Source of the DNA: Patescibacteria group bacterium
GTDB lineage: Bacteria > Patescibacteriota > Patescibacteriia > UBA2591 > UBA4787
Direction of reading: 5' to 3'
Length of the DNA stretch: 64,000 bases
Assembly (NCBI GenBank): GCA_028715115.1
Contig: JAQUSN010000001.1
Coordinates: 3,314-67,313, forward strand
Both the position numbers and the translations under genes were made by a program. Positions 47,554 through 57,559 of this stretch are shown here, one piece after another; the first letter of the stretch is position 1; each line of letters opens with the position of its first letter. The notes beneath the pieces are model-generated. The model saw only the letters and a list, made by a program, of their open reading frames with translations. It was not told where the DNA came from and did no database searches.

Positions 47554-50406
47554 TTATATAAACAATATTATTTCTGCTCCATCAATATCGGCTTCTTTAG
47601 AAAACTTCGCTTCTTTGGGTTGGCCAAGAATAAAATTATTGCTTAATGTTTCGGTTTTAATCTTATCAGAAAAATTATCGATAACGCCTCTTAAGCCTTC
47701 GTCGCCGGTGCCATAATATAAATCGATTTTATCTTTAATGGTCAATTTAGCTTCCTTGCGGAACGAATTTATTTGACGAACCAACTCACGCACCTGTCCC
47801 TCGGCTTTTAATTCAGGAGTAATGATCGTATTAAGAGCAACTCTGTCTTCGGCGCTCACCCAGCCGTCGCCGCTCGATAATTTTTCGACAATCGTCGTCT
47901 CTTTAACGTTTAATTCTTCTCTGATGATTCCCAGAAGTTCTACCGGAACCTGACATGATTTGGCAATTTCTAAACGGCCAAGCGGTTGGCGGACTTTAAC
48001 GCCACTCGAAGCTCGCAAACTGTGAGCCAAAGCGCAGATATCAACGACTGCCTTCATCTGGCTAAGTAATTTCTCGTCAATTAGAGATTTATCGGCTATC
48101 GGCCAATCGGATAAATGAACCGAATCGGCTTTATTGGTTAGTTGCTGATAAATTTCATCGCTGATAAACGGCGTAAATGGCGCTAATAATTTAGCTATGC
48201 CTAATAAAACATAACCTAAAACCTGGCTTTCGTTAGGATTTTTTTTGAAACGATCGCGTGAACGGCGAATATACCATTGCGACAATTCGGTGATAAAAGC
48301 TTCGATGTCGCGGCCGGCAGTCGTTATATCATACTTATCTAATCTTTCGGTAACGTTTTTGACCAAAAAATTATATTTTGCCAAAAGCCATTTATCTAAA
48401 ACATTTGATGATTTATTTGCTTCAATATTAGACGGCAAAGAATGACCGGTTAATTTATAAAACTCCAAGCAATTCCAAAGTGTCAGAAGCATGCGTTGCA
48501 CGACTTTTTTCACACCTTCAGTATCAAACAGTTTGCTTTCGCCAGGCTGATTGACGGTATACAAATACCAACGCAGGGCATCAACGCCGTATTCGTTGAT
48601 CACGCTCATCGGCGCGATGACATTACCCACGTGCTTGGACATCTTCTGTCCCTTTTTATCTAAAATATGACCCAAACAGATCGCGTTTTTATAGCAAGCG
48701 CCTTGATCTAAGAGCGTCGAAATACCGAGCAAAGTATAAAACCAGCCACGCGTCTGATCAATGGCCTCGGAAATATATTCAGCCGGATAGTTTATGCCTT
48801 TATCGATTCTCTCTTTATTCTCAAAAGGATAATGCCACTGGGCAAAGGGCATGGCGCCGGAATCAAACCAACAATCCATCACTTCGGCTACGCGGGTCAT
48901 TTTTTTGCCACACCCAGGGCAGTTCCAGGTGTAATCATCAATATATGGTTTATGCGGATCAAAAGGCTCAGGTAATTGTTTACCGGCTTTCTCTGATAAT
49001 TCTTTATAAGAGCCTAAACATTCTCTGTGTTGGCAGCCCTTACATTCCCAGATCGGAATCGGTGTACCCCAATAACGTTCACGCGAGATCGCCCAGTCTT
49101 TAATGCCGCTTAACCATTCACCGAAACGTCCTTCTTTGATGTGGGCCGGCACCCAATTTATTTCCTTGGCATTATCCAATAATTGTTTTTGCAGTTCGGT
49201 CATTCTGATAAACCAGGATTTTCTCGAATAATATAAAAGCGGTGAATCGCAGCGCCAGCAAAAAGGATAATCGTGCGCGTATAATTCCGTACCAAAAAGA
49301 ATGCCTCGTTTTTTCAAATCTTCCATAATGTCCGCATCAGCATCTTTGGCAAATTTCCCCTTGCCCGGCACATCAACTACCAGCTTGCCCTCCAAATCAA
49401 GTGTCAGCATTTCCGGAATTGGCAGTTTATCTTGAATAAATAATTGATAATCTTCTTCGCCGTAATGAGGCGCGATATGAACCATGCCCGTGCCGTCTTT
49501 AATAGAAACGAAATCAGCCGCGTAAACTTTAAAATAAGTTGGATCATCGTAAATCTTGTACATCGGTTCATAGCGCCAGCCAATTATCTTATCGCCCTTA
49601 AATTCTTCGACAATTTCATAGCCATGCGCGCCCAAAACTTTATCTACTAAATTTTTAGCTAAAATATAAAAATCTTGGCCTGACTTAGCTTTGACATATT
49701 CTATTCGTTCACCGGCGGCTACGGCCAAATTTGACGGTAAAGTCCAGGGCGTAGTCGTCCAAACTAATAAATAGGTATTTTCCTGACCGACAACTTTTAA
49801 TTTCAAATAAACTGATTGCTCTTTGACGTTTTTATAACCCTGGGCCACTTCATGCGAAGACAAGGCCGTGCCACAACGCGGACAATATGGCACCACTTTA
49901 TAGGCTTGATAAATCAAACCCTTGTCCCAAACTTGTTTAAAAATCCACCATAGAGTTTCAATATATTCTTTCTCATATGTGATGTAGGGATGTTCGAGGT
50001 CCAACCAGAAACCGATGCGCCGAGTCATATCTTCCCACTCTTTTTTATATTTCCAAACGTTTTCCTTACATTTTTCATTGAATTTGGCCACGCCGTATTT
50101 CTCAATGTCCGGCTTGCCGGAAACGCCGATTTGTTTTTCAACTTCAAGCTCAACCGGCAATCCTTGCGTATCCCAACCAGCCTTACGTTCAACAAAATAT
50201 CCCTGCATGGTCTTATAGCGCAAAATGATATCTTTAAAAATTCGGGCTAAAACATGATGAATGCCGGGCAGACCGTTGGCGGTCGGCGGACCTTCAAAAA
50301 ACACAAAATTGCCCTTGGGCGATTTTTTCGCCAAAGATTTGGCAAAAGTTTTGTCCTTATCCCAAAAAGCCAGGATCTTTTCTTCAATTTTAGAAAAATT
50401 TATCAT
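47554..50406 (-). CDS. ileS: Isoleucine-tRNA ligase, type 2
   Basis: EGPPTANGLPGIHH, WTTTPWTL, DWAISRERYWG, KMSKH, VRQPL, RELVRQI. Confidence 0.96.
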   Translation of the reverse strand: MINFSKIEEKILAFWDKDKTFAKSLAKKSPKGNFVFFEGPPTANGLPGIHHVLARIFKDIILRYKTMQGYFVERKAGWDTQGLPVELEVEKQIGVSGKPDIEKYGVAKFNEKCKENVWKYKKEWEDMTRRIGFWLDLEHPYITYEKEYIETLWWIFKQVWDKGLIYQAYKVVPYCPRCGTALSSHEVAQGYKNVKEQSVYLKLKVVGQENTYLLVWTTTPWTLPSNLAVAAGERIEYVKAKSGQDFYILAKNLVDKVLGAHGYEIVEEFKGDKIIGWRYEPMYKIYDDPTYFKVYAADFVSIKDGTGMVHIAPHYGEEDYQLFIQDKLPIPEMLTLDLEGKLVVDVPGKGKFAKDADADIMEDLKKRGILFGTELYAHDYPFCWRCDSPLLYYSRKSWFIRMTELQKQLLDNAKEINWVPAHIKEGRFGEWLSGIKDWAISRERYWGTPIPIWECKGCQHRECLGSYKELSEKAGKQLPEPFDPHKPYIDDYTWNCPGCGKKMTRVAEVMDCWFDSGAMPFAQWHYPFENKERIDKGINYPAEYISEAIDQTRGWFYTLLGISTLLDQGACYKNAICLGHILDKKGQKMSKHVGNVIAPMSVINEYGVDALRWYLYTVNQPGESKLFDTEGVKKVVQRMLLTLWNCLEFYKLTGHSLPSNIEANKSSNVLDKWLLAKYNFLVKNVTERLDKYDITTAGRDIEAFITELSQWYIRRSRDRFKKNPNESQVLGYVLLGIAKLLAPFTPFISDEIYQQLTNKADSVHLSDWPIADKSLIDEKLLSQMKAVVDICALAHSLRASSGVKVRQPLGRLEIAKSCQVPVELLGIIREELNVKETTIVEKLSSGDGWVSAEDRVALNTIITPELKAEGQVRELVRQINSFRKEAKLTIKDKIDLYYGTGDEGLRGVIDNFSDKIKTETLSNNFILGQPKEAKFSKEADIDGAEIILFI

Positions 50407-50537
50407 ACCAAATTTGTCGAAATCAAGGTTGGTTAATAGAAAAATAATACCACAAAATTAATCGTTGTCAACAAAAAACGCCTAAATCAGGCGTTAATCG
50501 GAGCTTATGGCGTTGTTATTAACAATTATTTAATATC

Positions 50538-50566
50538 TTGACATTTTCTTAAAAACGTGCTATAGT
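50538..50566 (+). promoter_or_regulatory. Sigma70-type promoter of cassette 5
   Basis: TTGACA-N17-TATAGT with TGn extension; SD AAGGAGG at 50583-50589. Confidence 0.75.
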
Positions 50567-50594
50567 ATAATTACCAATTAATAAGGAGGCTCCG

Positions 50595-50765
50595 GTGAGC
50601 GATTTCTTGAAGATATTGATCGGCTTAGTAATGCTGATCGGAGGCGGACTACTGAGCTATACGGCGTTCTGCCCCATCGTCCTGTGCATTGCCGGAGCAG
50701 GCGCCATCATAGCGCTTTGGTCCGCTTATGTCATGGCTTGCCGGTCTTGTCACATAGCAGGCTGA
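50595..50765 (+). CDS. GC-rich 56-aa 2-TM small protein (cassette 5; absent from ORF track)
   Basis: GTG start after AAGGAGG: MSDFLKILIGLVMLIGGGLLSYTAFCPIVLCIAGAGAIIALWSAYVMACRSCHIAG. Confidence 0.7.
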   Translation: MSDFLKILIGLVMLIGGGLLSYTAFCPIVLCIAGAGAIIALWSAYVMACRSCHIAG

Positions 50766-50781
50766 CTTCGGTCAGCCTGCT
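50756..50781. terminator. Terminator hairpin overlapping the stop codon
   Basis: AGCAGGCTGAC-TTCG-GTCAGCCTGCT. Confidence 0.8.
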
Positions 50782-50788
50782 TCTGCTT

Positions 50789-51985
50789 TTATTTAATTTT
50801 TTCTTTTATTTTTAATATTATTTCGTCAACCTTGCTTTGCCAAGAATTTTCTCGGGCCGCTTCGATTCGCAGTCTTTCCCGTTCAGCGTCATTTTCGGCC
50901 AGAGCTTTTTCTATATTTTGCTGAAAACCGGCATAATCCTGGGCAAAATAAATCAAATGTGAAAATTTGCCCAAGGCCGGCATCGGCGTACTGACTACCG
51001 GCTTACCACAAGCCAGATAGTCATAAAGTTTCATCGGGTTCATCGACATAACAAACTCATTGACTTGATGGGGAATAATGGCTACATCAAATTGATGAAT
51101 ATAATTTGGCGCCGCATCATAACCCTTACGGCCCAAAAAATAAACGTTTTTATACTTTTTTAATTGGCGAATTTCTGAGGGCGCCTTTCTGAAGGAACGG
51201 AAAAATTGCGGCCAAATCGGCCCAACTAAAACCAGGGATTTGTCCGGATTTTTTTCGGCCACATATTCTAATAAATTAAAATCTAAACGATCTTGAATAA
51301 TGCCCAAATATCCGATAATCGGATGTTTTATTTTTTTCATATCAAACGGCACTTTATCGGCGCCGATAAAGTGCGACGCATCAACGCCGTTAGGCAGCCA
51401 ATAAATGTCCTTGTTCCGCCCCAGCTGCCGAAACAAATCAACCAACGAATTGGCAACGGTAAAAATTAAATCGGCCTTTTGGCTGATAATTTGATAATTT
51501 CTTTTTAAAATTTCTTGATATTTAATATAAGAGGGGTGGGCCAACCAATTATCCACGGCCTCAAAAACATTTAAATCCTCGTTTAACCGACCAAAATATT
51601 CAATAAACATCGGGAAATAGGAAATCACCACTCGCTTCATTTGTTTTGGTCCGTCGTTTAATTTTTCTAAAATAGAATTTAATTTTTTTATTACCAATTT
51701 TTTTGAAAAAAAAGAATCAATGGTGGAAAAAACTATTAATTTTTCATTAATTTGCCTAACTCGCGTGGTCGGATCGCTATAAATCAACTCTTGCTGGGGA
51801 GCGCCGATAATATTTTCTATCCAATTTCGAATCGCTCGATGAAATGTAAAAGGCAAAAAATCAACAACTACAATTCTTTTAATTTCGGGGCTGGCCAATA
51901 ATGAATTTAAAATATGAAAATTACGATTATTGGTGCCGCGCTGCCACTCTGAATACGAAGACATGTTAAACATTATCAGCTCCAT
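50789..51985 (-). CDS. GT-B (GT4/TuaH-like) glycosyltransferase
   Basis: LPNGVD, IIGYLG, NPMKLYDYLACGKPVVST. Confidence 0.9.
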   Translation of the reverse strand: MELIMFNMSSYSEWQRGTNNRNFHILNSLLASPEIKRIVVVDFLPFTFHRAIRNWIENIIGAPQQELIYSDPTTRVRQINEKLIVFSTIDSFFSKKLVIKKLNSILEKLNDGPKQMKRVVISYFPMFIEYFGRLNEDLNVFEAVDNWLAHPSYIKYQEILKRNYQIISQKADLIFTVANSLVDLFRQLGRNKDIYWLPNGVDASHFIGADKVPFDMKKIKHPIIGYLGIIQDRLDFNLLEYVAEKNPDKSLVLVGPIWPQFFRSFRKAPSEIRQLKKYKNVYFLGRKGYDAAPNYIHQFDVAIIPHQVNEFVMSMNPMKLYDYLACGKPVVSTPMPALGKFSHLIYFAQDYAGFQQNIEKALAENDAERERLRIEAARENSWQSKVDEIILKIKEKIK

Positions 51986-51990
51986 ATCTT

Positions 51991-53433
51991 TTAGCGATTA
52001 GTTTTAAAAAATTTGGTCAAGTTTTTTAAATATTGAATATCGGCTGCATTAATAAGTCCCATAATCCAAACGCCTAAAGCATAAATACCAACGCCAATGA
52101 TGGCCACCACCCACCAAGGAAAAAGCGAATTTAATAAAACCATAATTAAGCCCATGACTACGCTGATAACTAAAACCTGGACGAATTTACTTAAAAGCGA
52201 ACGAAGTGGAATAAAAATTACTTTCTGCGTTCCGAGCCAACCCAAAACAACCAGCAAAATAAAACTTAAAACAAAGGCAATAGAAGAACCTATCTGTTGT
52301 AGTAAAGGAATTAAAAGCAAGTTAAAAATAATTATTACTATCATGGCTACGGCTCGATTAAAAACATTGCGTTTTTCTTGGCCGATGGCGTTTAAAACGG
52401 TAAAAAATACATAATCCAAGAAAACAAACAACATACTCCAGCTTAAAATTTTTAAAGCCGGCACGGCCGATAAGAATTTATCACCGAAAAGAATTAGAAT
52501 CGCCGGTTCGGCTAAAACCCATAAGCCCACCGCCAGCGGTACGGTAAATAAAATAATATAGAAAATAATTTGTTCTAAAATTCTTTTTAATTCTTCTTTA
52601 TTGTTTATAAAATAAAAACAAGCCGCCGGATAAAGCGCCGAAACCAGAGCAATCGGGAACATCCTCAGCCCTGCCGGAATCTTGCCGGCCGCCGAATAAA
52701 ATCCAACTGCCTGATCATTAGCCAAGCGCGACAAAAGCACAACATCAATATAAGAAAAAACCGTGCCGAATAAACCAGACCAAAAAAATGGCAAAGAGAC
52801 TTTAATCATTCCTCGAATAGTCGCCTTGTCTAGTTTTAGGCTTATCTTAATTGATCTTTTTTTGCGCAAAAAAAACATTCCGTTTAAAAAATTAAAGATT
52901 GAAGCTAAAATTAACGGAATGATTAAATATGGCAAAGGTAAATGGGCGAATAAAATCACCAAACCAGTTGCTAAAACGATTACTTGATAAATTCCCAAAC
53001 CCAGACCTTCATATTTTAAGTTTTGCCAACCGCGCAACACCGAATAGTTGGTATTGGCAAGATTCTCTAAAACAATAACCAAGCCGGCCAAATAAACTAA
53101 TTGTCGAGTAATCTCCGGATAAGGTAGAAGCTTAACCGCGATAACTATTAAAAGATAAATAATCGCCGAGGTGATCAGCTTAACCGAAATAATATTGTAA
53201 AAATAACCTCTAGCCTTTTCTTCGTCACGAGCGGCTTCGCGTATTAAAAATTGGTTTAAGCCCAAGTCGATAAAAATAGAAAAAATCGCCGCAAAAGAAA
53301 TGGCGAAAGTGTATTTACCGACTGAGTCAGGCCCTAAAAATCTGGCTAAAAAAATAAAATAGACAAAGGCCAGTATTTTCTGAACAACCGACCCGCTAAG
53401 TAAATAAATACTATTGCGAGATATACTGGCCAT
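51991..53433 (-). CDS. Polysaccharide flippase (Wzx-like)
   Basis: ARFLGP, DLGL, VGFYSAA; many TM helices. Confidence 0.9.
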   Translation of the reverse strand: MASISRNSIYLLSGSVVQKILAFVYFIFLARFLGPDSVGKYTFAISFAAIFSIFIDLGLNQFLIREAARDEEKARGYFYNIISVKLITSAIIYLLIVIAVKLLPYPEITRQLVYLAGLVIVLENLANTNYSVLRGWQNLKYEGLGLGIYQVIVLATGLVILFAHLPLPYLIIPLILASIFNFLNGMFFLRKKRSIKISLKLDKATIRGMIKVSLPFFWSGLFGTVFSYIDVVLLSRLANDQAVGFYSAAGKIPAGLRMFPIALVSALYPAACFYFINNKEELKRILEQIIFYIILFTVPLAVGLWVLAEPAILILFGDKFLSAVPALKILSWSMLFVFLDYVFFTVLNAIGQEKRNVFNRAVAMIVIIIFNLLLIPLLQQIGSSIAFVLSFILLVVLGWLGTQKVIFIPLRSLLSKFVQVLVISVVMGLIMVLLNSLFPWWVVAIIGVGIYALGVWIMGLINAADIQYLKNLTKFFKTNR

Positions 53434-53457
53434 ATGACTATTAATTTATATAGCTCT

Positions 53458-54000
53458 TTAGCGTTTAGTCCATTGTGGAGCGCGTCGAGCTCGCTTTAAA
53501 CCTGGTTTCTTTCTCTCTTTCTTTCGAGAATCACGGCTTAACAATCCTAATGGTTTTAAGGTTTTTCTAACTTCAGCATTAAAAATCACCAAAGCACGGG
53601 CAATACCAAGACTAACCGCTTCGGCTTGCCCCATGATGCCACCGCCATTAACTTTAACATCAAAAGTTCCTTTCTTGTCCCATCCGGCCGCGGAAATTGG
53701 TCTTTCAACTGTTTTTTGCCAGTCAAAATATGAAAAATATTTACTAATTGGTTTGCCGTTAACCGAAATCTCCCCTTGGCCATCGGTAAAAAACTTTACA
53801 CGAGCCACTGAGGTTTTTCGTTTGCCGGTCGCTAAAATGAATTTATTTTCGGCCGCATGGCGAACCGGCGCGGTTTTAACAACCGGTTTCTCTATTTTGT
53901 GTTCGATCGCTTTGTGTTCTAAATGAACTGCGGCTGGTTTTTTAACGGCCGTTTTTTTGATAGTTTTTTTAGTAGCTGGTTTTTTAATTTTAGTGGGCAT
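53458..54000 (-). CDS. rpsI: 30S ribosomal protein uS9 with a Lys-rich N-terminal extension
   Basis: GKRKTSVARV, GGGIMGQA, RKKERKKPG. Confidence 0.96.
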   Translation of the reverse strand: MPTKIKKPATKKTIKKTAVKKPAAVHLEHKAIEHKIEKPVVKTAPVRHAAENKFILATGKRKTSVARVKFFTDGQGEISVNGKPISKYFSYFDWQKTVERPISAAGWDKKGTFDVKVNGGGIMGQAEAVSLGIARALVIFNAEVRKTLKPLGLLSRDSRKKERKKPGLKRARRAPQWTKR

Positions 54001-54001
54001 A

Positions 54002-54367
54002 TTACTTCTTTATTTCAAAGGCTAATCGCTTAAGCATTGGTTTTCTTAATTTATTTTTGGGCAACATGTGAGATACGGCTCTTAAAAGAACTTTTTGCGG
54101 TTCTTTAATAAAAACTTCTCCCATTAGCTTGGATTTCATGCCACCAGGATAATTACTATAATGGAAATATTTTTTTTGGGTTAATTTATTGGGCCAAATC
54201 TTCATTTTATCAACATTTGAAACGATCACACGATCGCCGCATTCTTTATAAGGAACATAACTGGCTTTATGCTTGCCAATTAAAAGGGTGCTGATTTTAG
54301 TCGCCAATCGGCCCGGAGTTTCACCACTAGCGTCAAGATGATGTGTTTTGATTTTATTTTCTGCCAT
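54002..54367 (-). CDS. rplM: 50S ribosomal protein uL13
   Basis: GRLATKI, GKHK, YPGG, MLPKNKL. Confidence 0.96.
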   Translation of the reverse strand: MAENKIKTHHLDASGETPGRLATKISTLLIGKHKASYVPYKECGDRVIVSNVDKMKIWPNKLTQKKYFHYSNYPGGMKSKLMGEVFIKEPQKVLLRAVSHMLPKNKLRKPMLKRLAFEIKK

Positions 54368-54413
54368 AATTTTTTAAAATGCGAGCATCCCGTCTCGGTG
54401 GGACAACCCATAA

Positions 54414-54764
54414 TTAGATAAATTCGAGCACGGCAACCTTGGCCGCATCGCCCTTTCTTTGTTTTAATTTTACTACGCGAGTATAACCACCCGGCCTGCT
54501 GTTATAGCGAGGACCAAGTGTCTCTAGTAATTTTTTGGTGGCTGTCTGATTATTTAAGTAAGATAAAATTTTTCGACGGCTTGATAAATCATTTTTTTTA
54601 GCCATAGTCACTAATCTTTCGGCTAAAGACTTAACGGTTTTAGCTTTAACTTCGGTAGTTTTAATCTTTTCAGCTAAAATAAAATTAATAGCCAAGCCCC
54701 TTAACAAGGCCCTGTGTGGACTGCTCTTTCTATCAAGGGTTTTTTTATTTTTTCTATGTCGCAT
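54414..54764 (-). CDS. rplQ: 50S ribosomal protein bL17
   Basis: MRHR, IKTTEVKAK, RPGGYTR, GDAA. Confidence 0.97.
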   Translation of the reverse strand: MRHRKNKKTLDRKSSPHRALLRGLAINFILAEKIKTTEVKAKTVKSLAERLVTMAKKNDLSSRRKILSYLNNQTATKKLLETLGPRYNSRPGGYTRVVKLKQRKGDAAKVAVLEFI

Positions 54765-54766
54765 AA

Positions 54767-55588
54767 CTACTTCTTTGATTTAGCTTTAACAACTTTCTTC
54801 TTAATGACCTTTTTAACCGTTTTAACTTTTGCCTTGGCTTTCTTAGCCTTAACCGTCTTTTCTTCAGATTTAATATCCATTCCTTGGGCAATGGTTCTTG
54901 CCTGGCCGGTTAAAAAGGCAAATTGACTATTTAACAAATCGGCTGCTTCGACAAAAGCTGCATAAGGAGTAATAGTGCCATCGGTTTCGATGGTTAATTT
55001 TAGTCTGTCATAATCAGTACGCTTACCAACGCGCATGTCTTCAACGTCAGAGGCAATCTTAACGATTGGGCTAAAAATTGAATCCAGAACAATAGTACCA
55101 AGGTCTAAGCCAGTACGATCTTTTTCTTCTGATGGAATATAGCCGAAACCCTTGCTAATATTAATTTCAATTTCTAATTCTGCCTTTTTGTCGGTTAAGG
55201 TTGCCAAATGCAAATCAGGGTTAACTATTTCCACGTCGGCTGATTTTTCGATATCTTTGGCGGTGACTTCTTTTTCTCCTTTTACCGATAATTTAAGCTG
55301 GATCGGCTCTTCTCTAAAAACCTTAAATCTTAGTTGTTTAAAATTTAAAACTAAATGCAAAATATCTTCTTCAACGTGGGGTAAAGTTGAAAATTCGTGG
55401 CGACCGCCTTTAATTTTGATCGAATCAACGGCTGCCCCGGGCAAAGACGATAGAAGAACTCTTCGTAAAGCATTGCCCCAAGTAATGCCGTAGCCCGGAT
55501 AACATGGCTCGATAGTAAAATAACCCTTATTTTTGTTTTCGGGATCGGCCTGGTATTCAATTTTATTCGGTAAAATTATTTGCTCCAT
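54767..55588 (-). CDS. rpoA: RNA polymerase alpha subunit lacking the alpha-CTD
   Basis: GNALRRVLLSSLPG, HEFS, DSIFSPI, DYDRL, ETDGTI; ends in a Lys-rich tail. Confidence 0.95.
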   Translation of the reverse strand: MEQIILPNKIEYQADPENKNKGYFTIEPCYPGYGITWGNALRRVLLSSLPGAAVDSIKIKGGRHEFSTLPHVEEDILHLVLNFKQLRFKVFREEPIQLKLSVKGEKEVTAKDIEKSADVEIVNPDLHLATLTDKKAELEIEINISKGFGYIPSEEKDRTGLDLGTIVLDSIFSPIVKIASDVEDMRVGKRTDYDRLKLTIETDGTITPYAAFVEAADLLNSQFAFLTGQARTIAQGMDIKSEEKTVKAKKAKAKVKTVKKVIKKKVVKAKSKK

Positions 55589-55613
55589 AAAATATGTTTT
55601 ATTTTTTAATATT

Positions 55614-56249
55614 TTATCGACTATAAAATTCGACGACTAATTTGGTATTAAAATCTTTCGGCAAATCTTCGGCGCCCGGCAATTTGATGACTTTAATCTC
55701 CGGCTTGGTTTCATCAATCAACAGCCAAGGAACACACCTTTCTCGGCGCTCTTTAGAGGCAACGGAACCGGTTAAAGCTTCCTGAACTTTTTTTGTTAAT
55801 TTTGTGTTTGATTTTAAAGCAATCACGTTATTAACCCTTACTTTAAAAGAAGGAATACTGACTTTACGTTTATTAACCGTAACATGGCCGTGATTAATCA
55901 TTTGCCTGACACCATAGCGAGACGTGCCGAATCCGGCATTAAATACTACGCTATCTAATCTGGTTTCAAGCATTCTGATTAAATCAATTTCGGTATTACC
56001 AGTTTTCTTTTTAGCCTTATTAAAATAATTTTTTAATTGCCGCTCGGAAATATTATAAAATCTTTTAATTTTTTGTTTTTCGCGCAATTGAATGCCATAA
56101 CCGGTCATTTTTGGATAGCCCTTTTGACCATGGATTCCTGGCGGATATTTTCTTTTAACTATTTCGCATTTAGTCGTATAACAACGATCGCCTTTTAGAA
56201 AAAGTTTGGTTCCTTCGCGGCGACAAATTCTGCATTTTGGACCTAACAT
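55614..56249 (-). CDS. rpsD: 30S ribosomal protein uS4
   Basis: CRICRREG, QLREKQK, LETRLD, VEFYSR. Confidence 0.97.
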   Translation of the reverse strand: MLGPKCRICRREGTKLFLKGDRCYTTKCEIVKRKYPPGIHGQKGYPKMTGYGIQLREKQKIKRFYNISERQLKNYFNKAKKKTGNTEIDLIRMLETRLDSVVFNAGFGTSRYGVRQMINHGHVTVNKRKVSIPSFKVRVNNVIALKSNTKLTKKVQEALTGSVASKERRERCVPWLLIDETKPEIKVIKLPGAEDLPKDFNTKLVVEFYSR

Positions 56250-56264
56250 AGATGTTTTAAAAAA

Positions 56265-56675
56265 TTAGACTCGTCTGACTTTTGCCGGCCGACAACCGTT
56301 ATGCGGTACCGGAGTCAAATCTTGAATCGATAAAATATTTAAGCCATTGGCATGGAAAGCTCGAACCGCGCCTTCACGTCCAGCACCAACGCCTCGAATA
56401 AAAACTTGAACTTCTCTCACGCCATATTTGGCGATTTTATCCAATAAATCTTTAACCACTATTCCGGCGGCATAAGGAGTAGCCTTTTTCGGTCCACTAA
56501 ATCCCATTTTGCCCGCTGCTGACCAGCCCAAAACATTACCTTGCAAATCGGTCACATTAATAATGGTATTATTATAAGTAGCATGAACATAAGCCCGCCC
56601 GCGCGGGACCTGAGTCACCACTTTATTGGACTTTCTCACTTTTTTTACTTTTTCGGCTTTTATTGCTTCGGCCAT
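56265..56675 (-). CDS. rpsK: 30S ribosomal protein uS11
   Basis: ATYNNTI, TPYAA, PHNGCRP. Confidence 0.97.
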   Translation of the reverse strand: MAEAIKAEKVKKVRKSNKVVTQVPRGRAYVHATYNNTIINVTDLQGNVLGWSAAGKMGFSGPKKATPYAAGIVVKDLLDKIAKYGVREVQVFIRGVGAGREGAVRAFHANGLNILSIQDLTPVPHNGCRPAKVRRV

Positions 56676-56692
56676 ATTAATTTAAATTAAGA

Positions 56693-57079
56693 TTAACCTT
56701 TAGTGACGGCGCGACGACCGCTACCCATGGTATGGCGAACATTGCCGCGGACTGTGCGCGAATTAGTTTTGGTTCGTTGTCCGCGAACCGGCAAATGTTT
56801 GGCATGTCGAGATCCACGATAAGAACTGATTTCTTTCAATCGTTTAATATTCGCGGAAACATCGCGGCGCAAATCGCCTTCTACGCGATAAGTATTCTCA
56901 ATATGAGATTTTAGACTATCGATTTCTTTATCGCTTAAATCTTTAACTCTTTTTTCTCCGTCAACGTTAGTTTTGTTTAAAATTTTTTTAACCGTAGTTG
57001 GGCCAATGCCAAAAATATAGGTTAAACCTATTTTAACCTTTTTCTGCGGGGGAAGATTGATACCGGCAATTCTAGCCAT
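56693..57079 (-). CDS. rpsM: 30S ribosomal protein uS13
   Basis: MARIAG, LTYIFGIG, LPVRGQRTKTN. Confidence 0.97.
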   Translation of the reverse strand: MARIAGINLPPQKKVKIGLTYIFGIGPTTVKKILNKTNVDGEKRVKDLSDKEIDSLKSHIENTYRVEGDLRRDVSANIKRLKEISSYRGSRHAKHLPVRGQRTKTNSRTVRGNVRHTMGSGRRAVTKG

Positions 57080-57098
57080 AAAAATTAAAAATTAATCG

Positions 57099-57215
57099 TT
57101 ATCCCTGTCTTTGTTTATGCTTGGGGGTAACTTTACAAATAACATAAACTCGCTTGCCCCGACGGACAAGTTTACAATGTCGACAAATTGGTTTTACAGA
57201 TGTTCGAACCTTCAT
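57099..57215 (-). CDS. rpmJ: 50S ribosomal protein bL36 (absent from ORF track)
   Basis: [38 protein letters not shown]. Confidence 0.96.
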   Translation of the reverse strand: MKVRTSVKPICRHCKLVRRGKRVYVICKVTPKHKQRQG

Positions 57216-57298
57216 CAAACCTACGAATTACGAATAATGAGTGAATTCTTTAAGAATTATAATTTGTATTCGGCAACTGGCGGAAATTTATCTATAGC

Positions 57299-57517
57299 TC
57301 AGAACCTATAAGTTACTCTGCCCTTGGTTAAATCGTATGGACTCATCTCTATTCTCACTCTATCTCCCAATAAAATCCTAATCTGATTCATTCTTAAACG
57401 CCCAGACAAATAAGCCAGAATTTCTCGGCTATCGTCTAGTTTGACTTTAAAAGTCGTGGACGGCAGCACTTCTTCGACTACACCCTCGACTTCTAAAAAA
57501 TCTTGTTTTTTTCCCAT
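57299..57517 (-). CDS. infA: Translation initiation factor IF-1
   Basis: [30 protein letters not shown]. Confidence 0.96.
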   Translation of the reverse strand: MGKKQDFLEVEGVVEEVLPSTTFKVKLDDSREILAYLSGRLRMNQIRILLGDRVRIEMSPYDLTKGRVTYRF

Positions 57518-57559
57518 ACGTAGTAAAAGAAAACAATGTTTAATTATTATAATGGAAAG

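Noticed and set aside
57222-57290. TACGAAT-like short repeats (also near 14266-14292)
   Set aside because: Only 2-3 degenerate units, too weak to call
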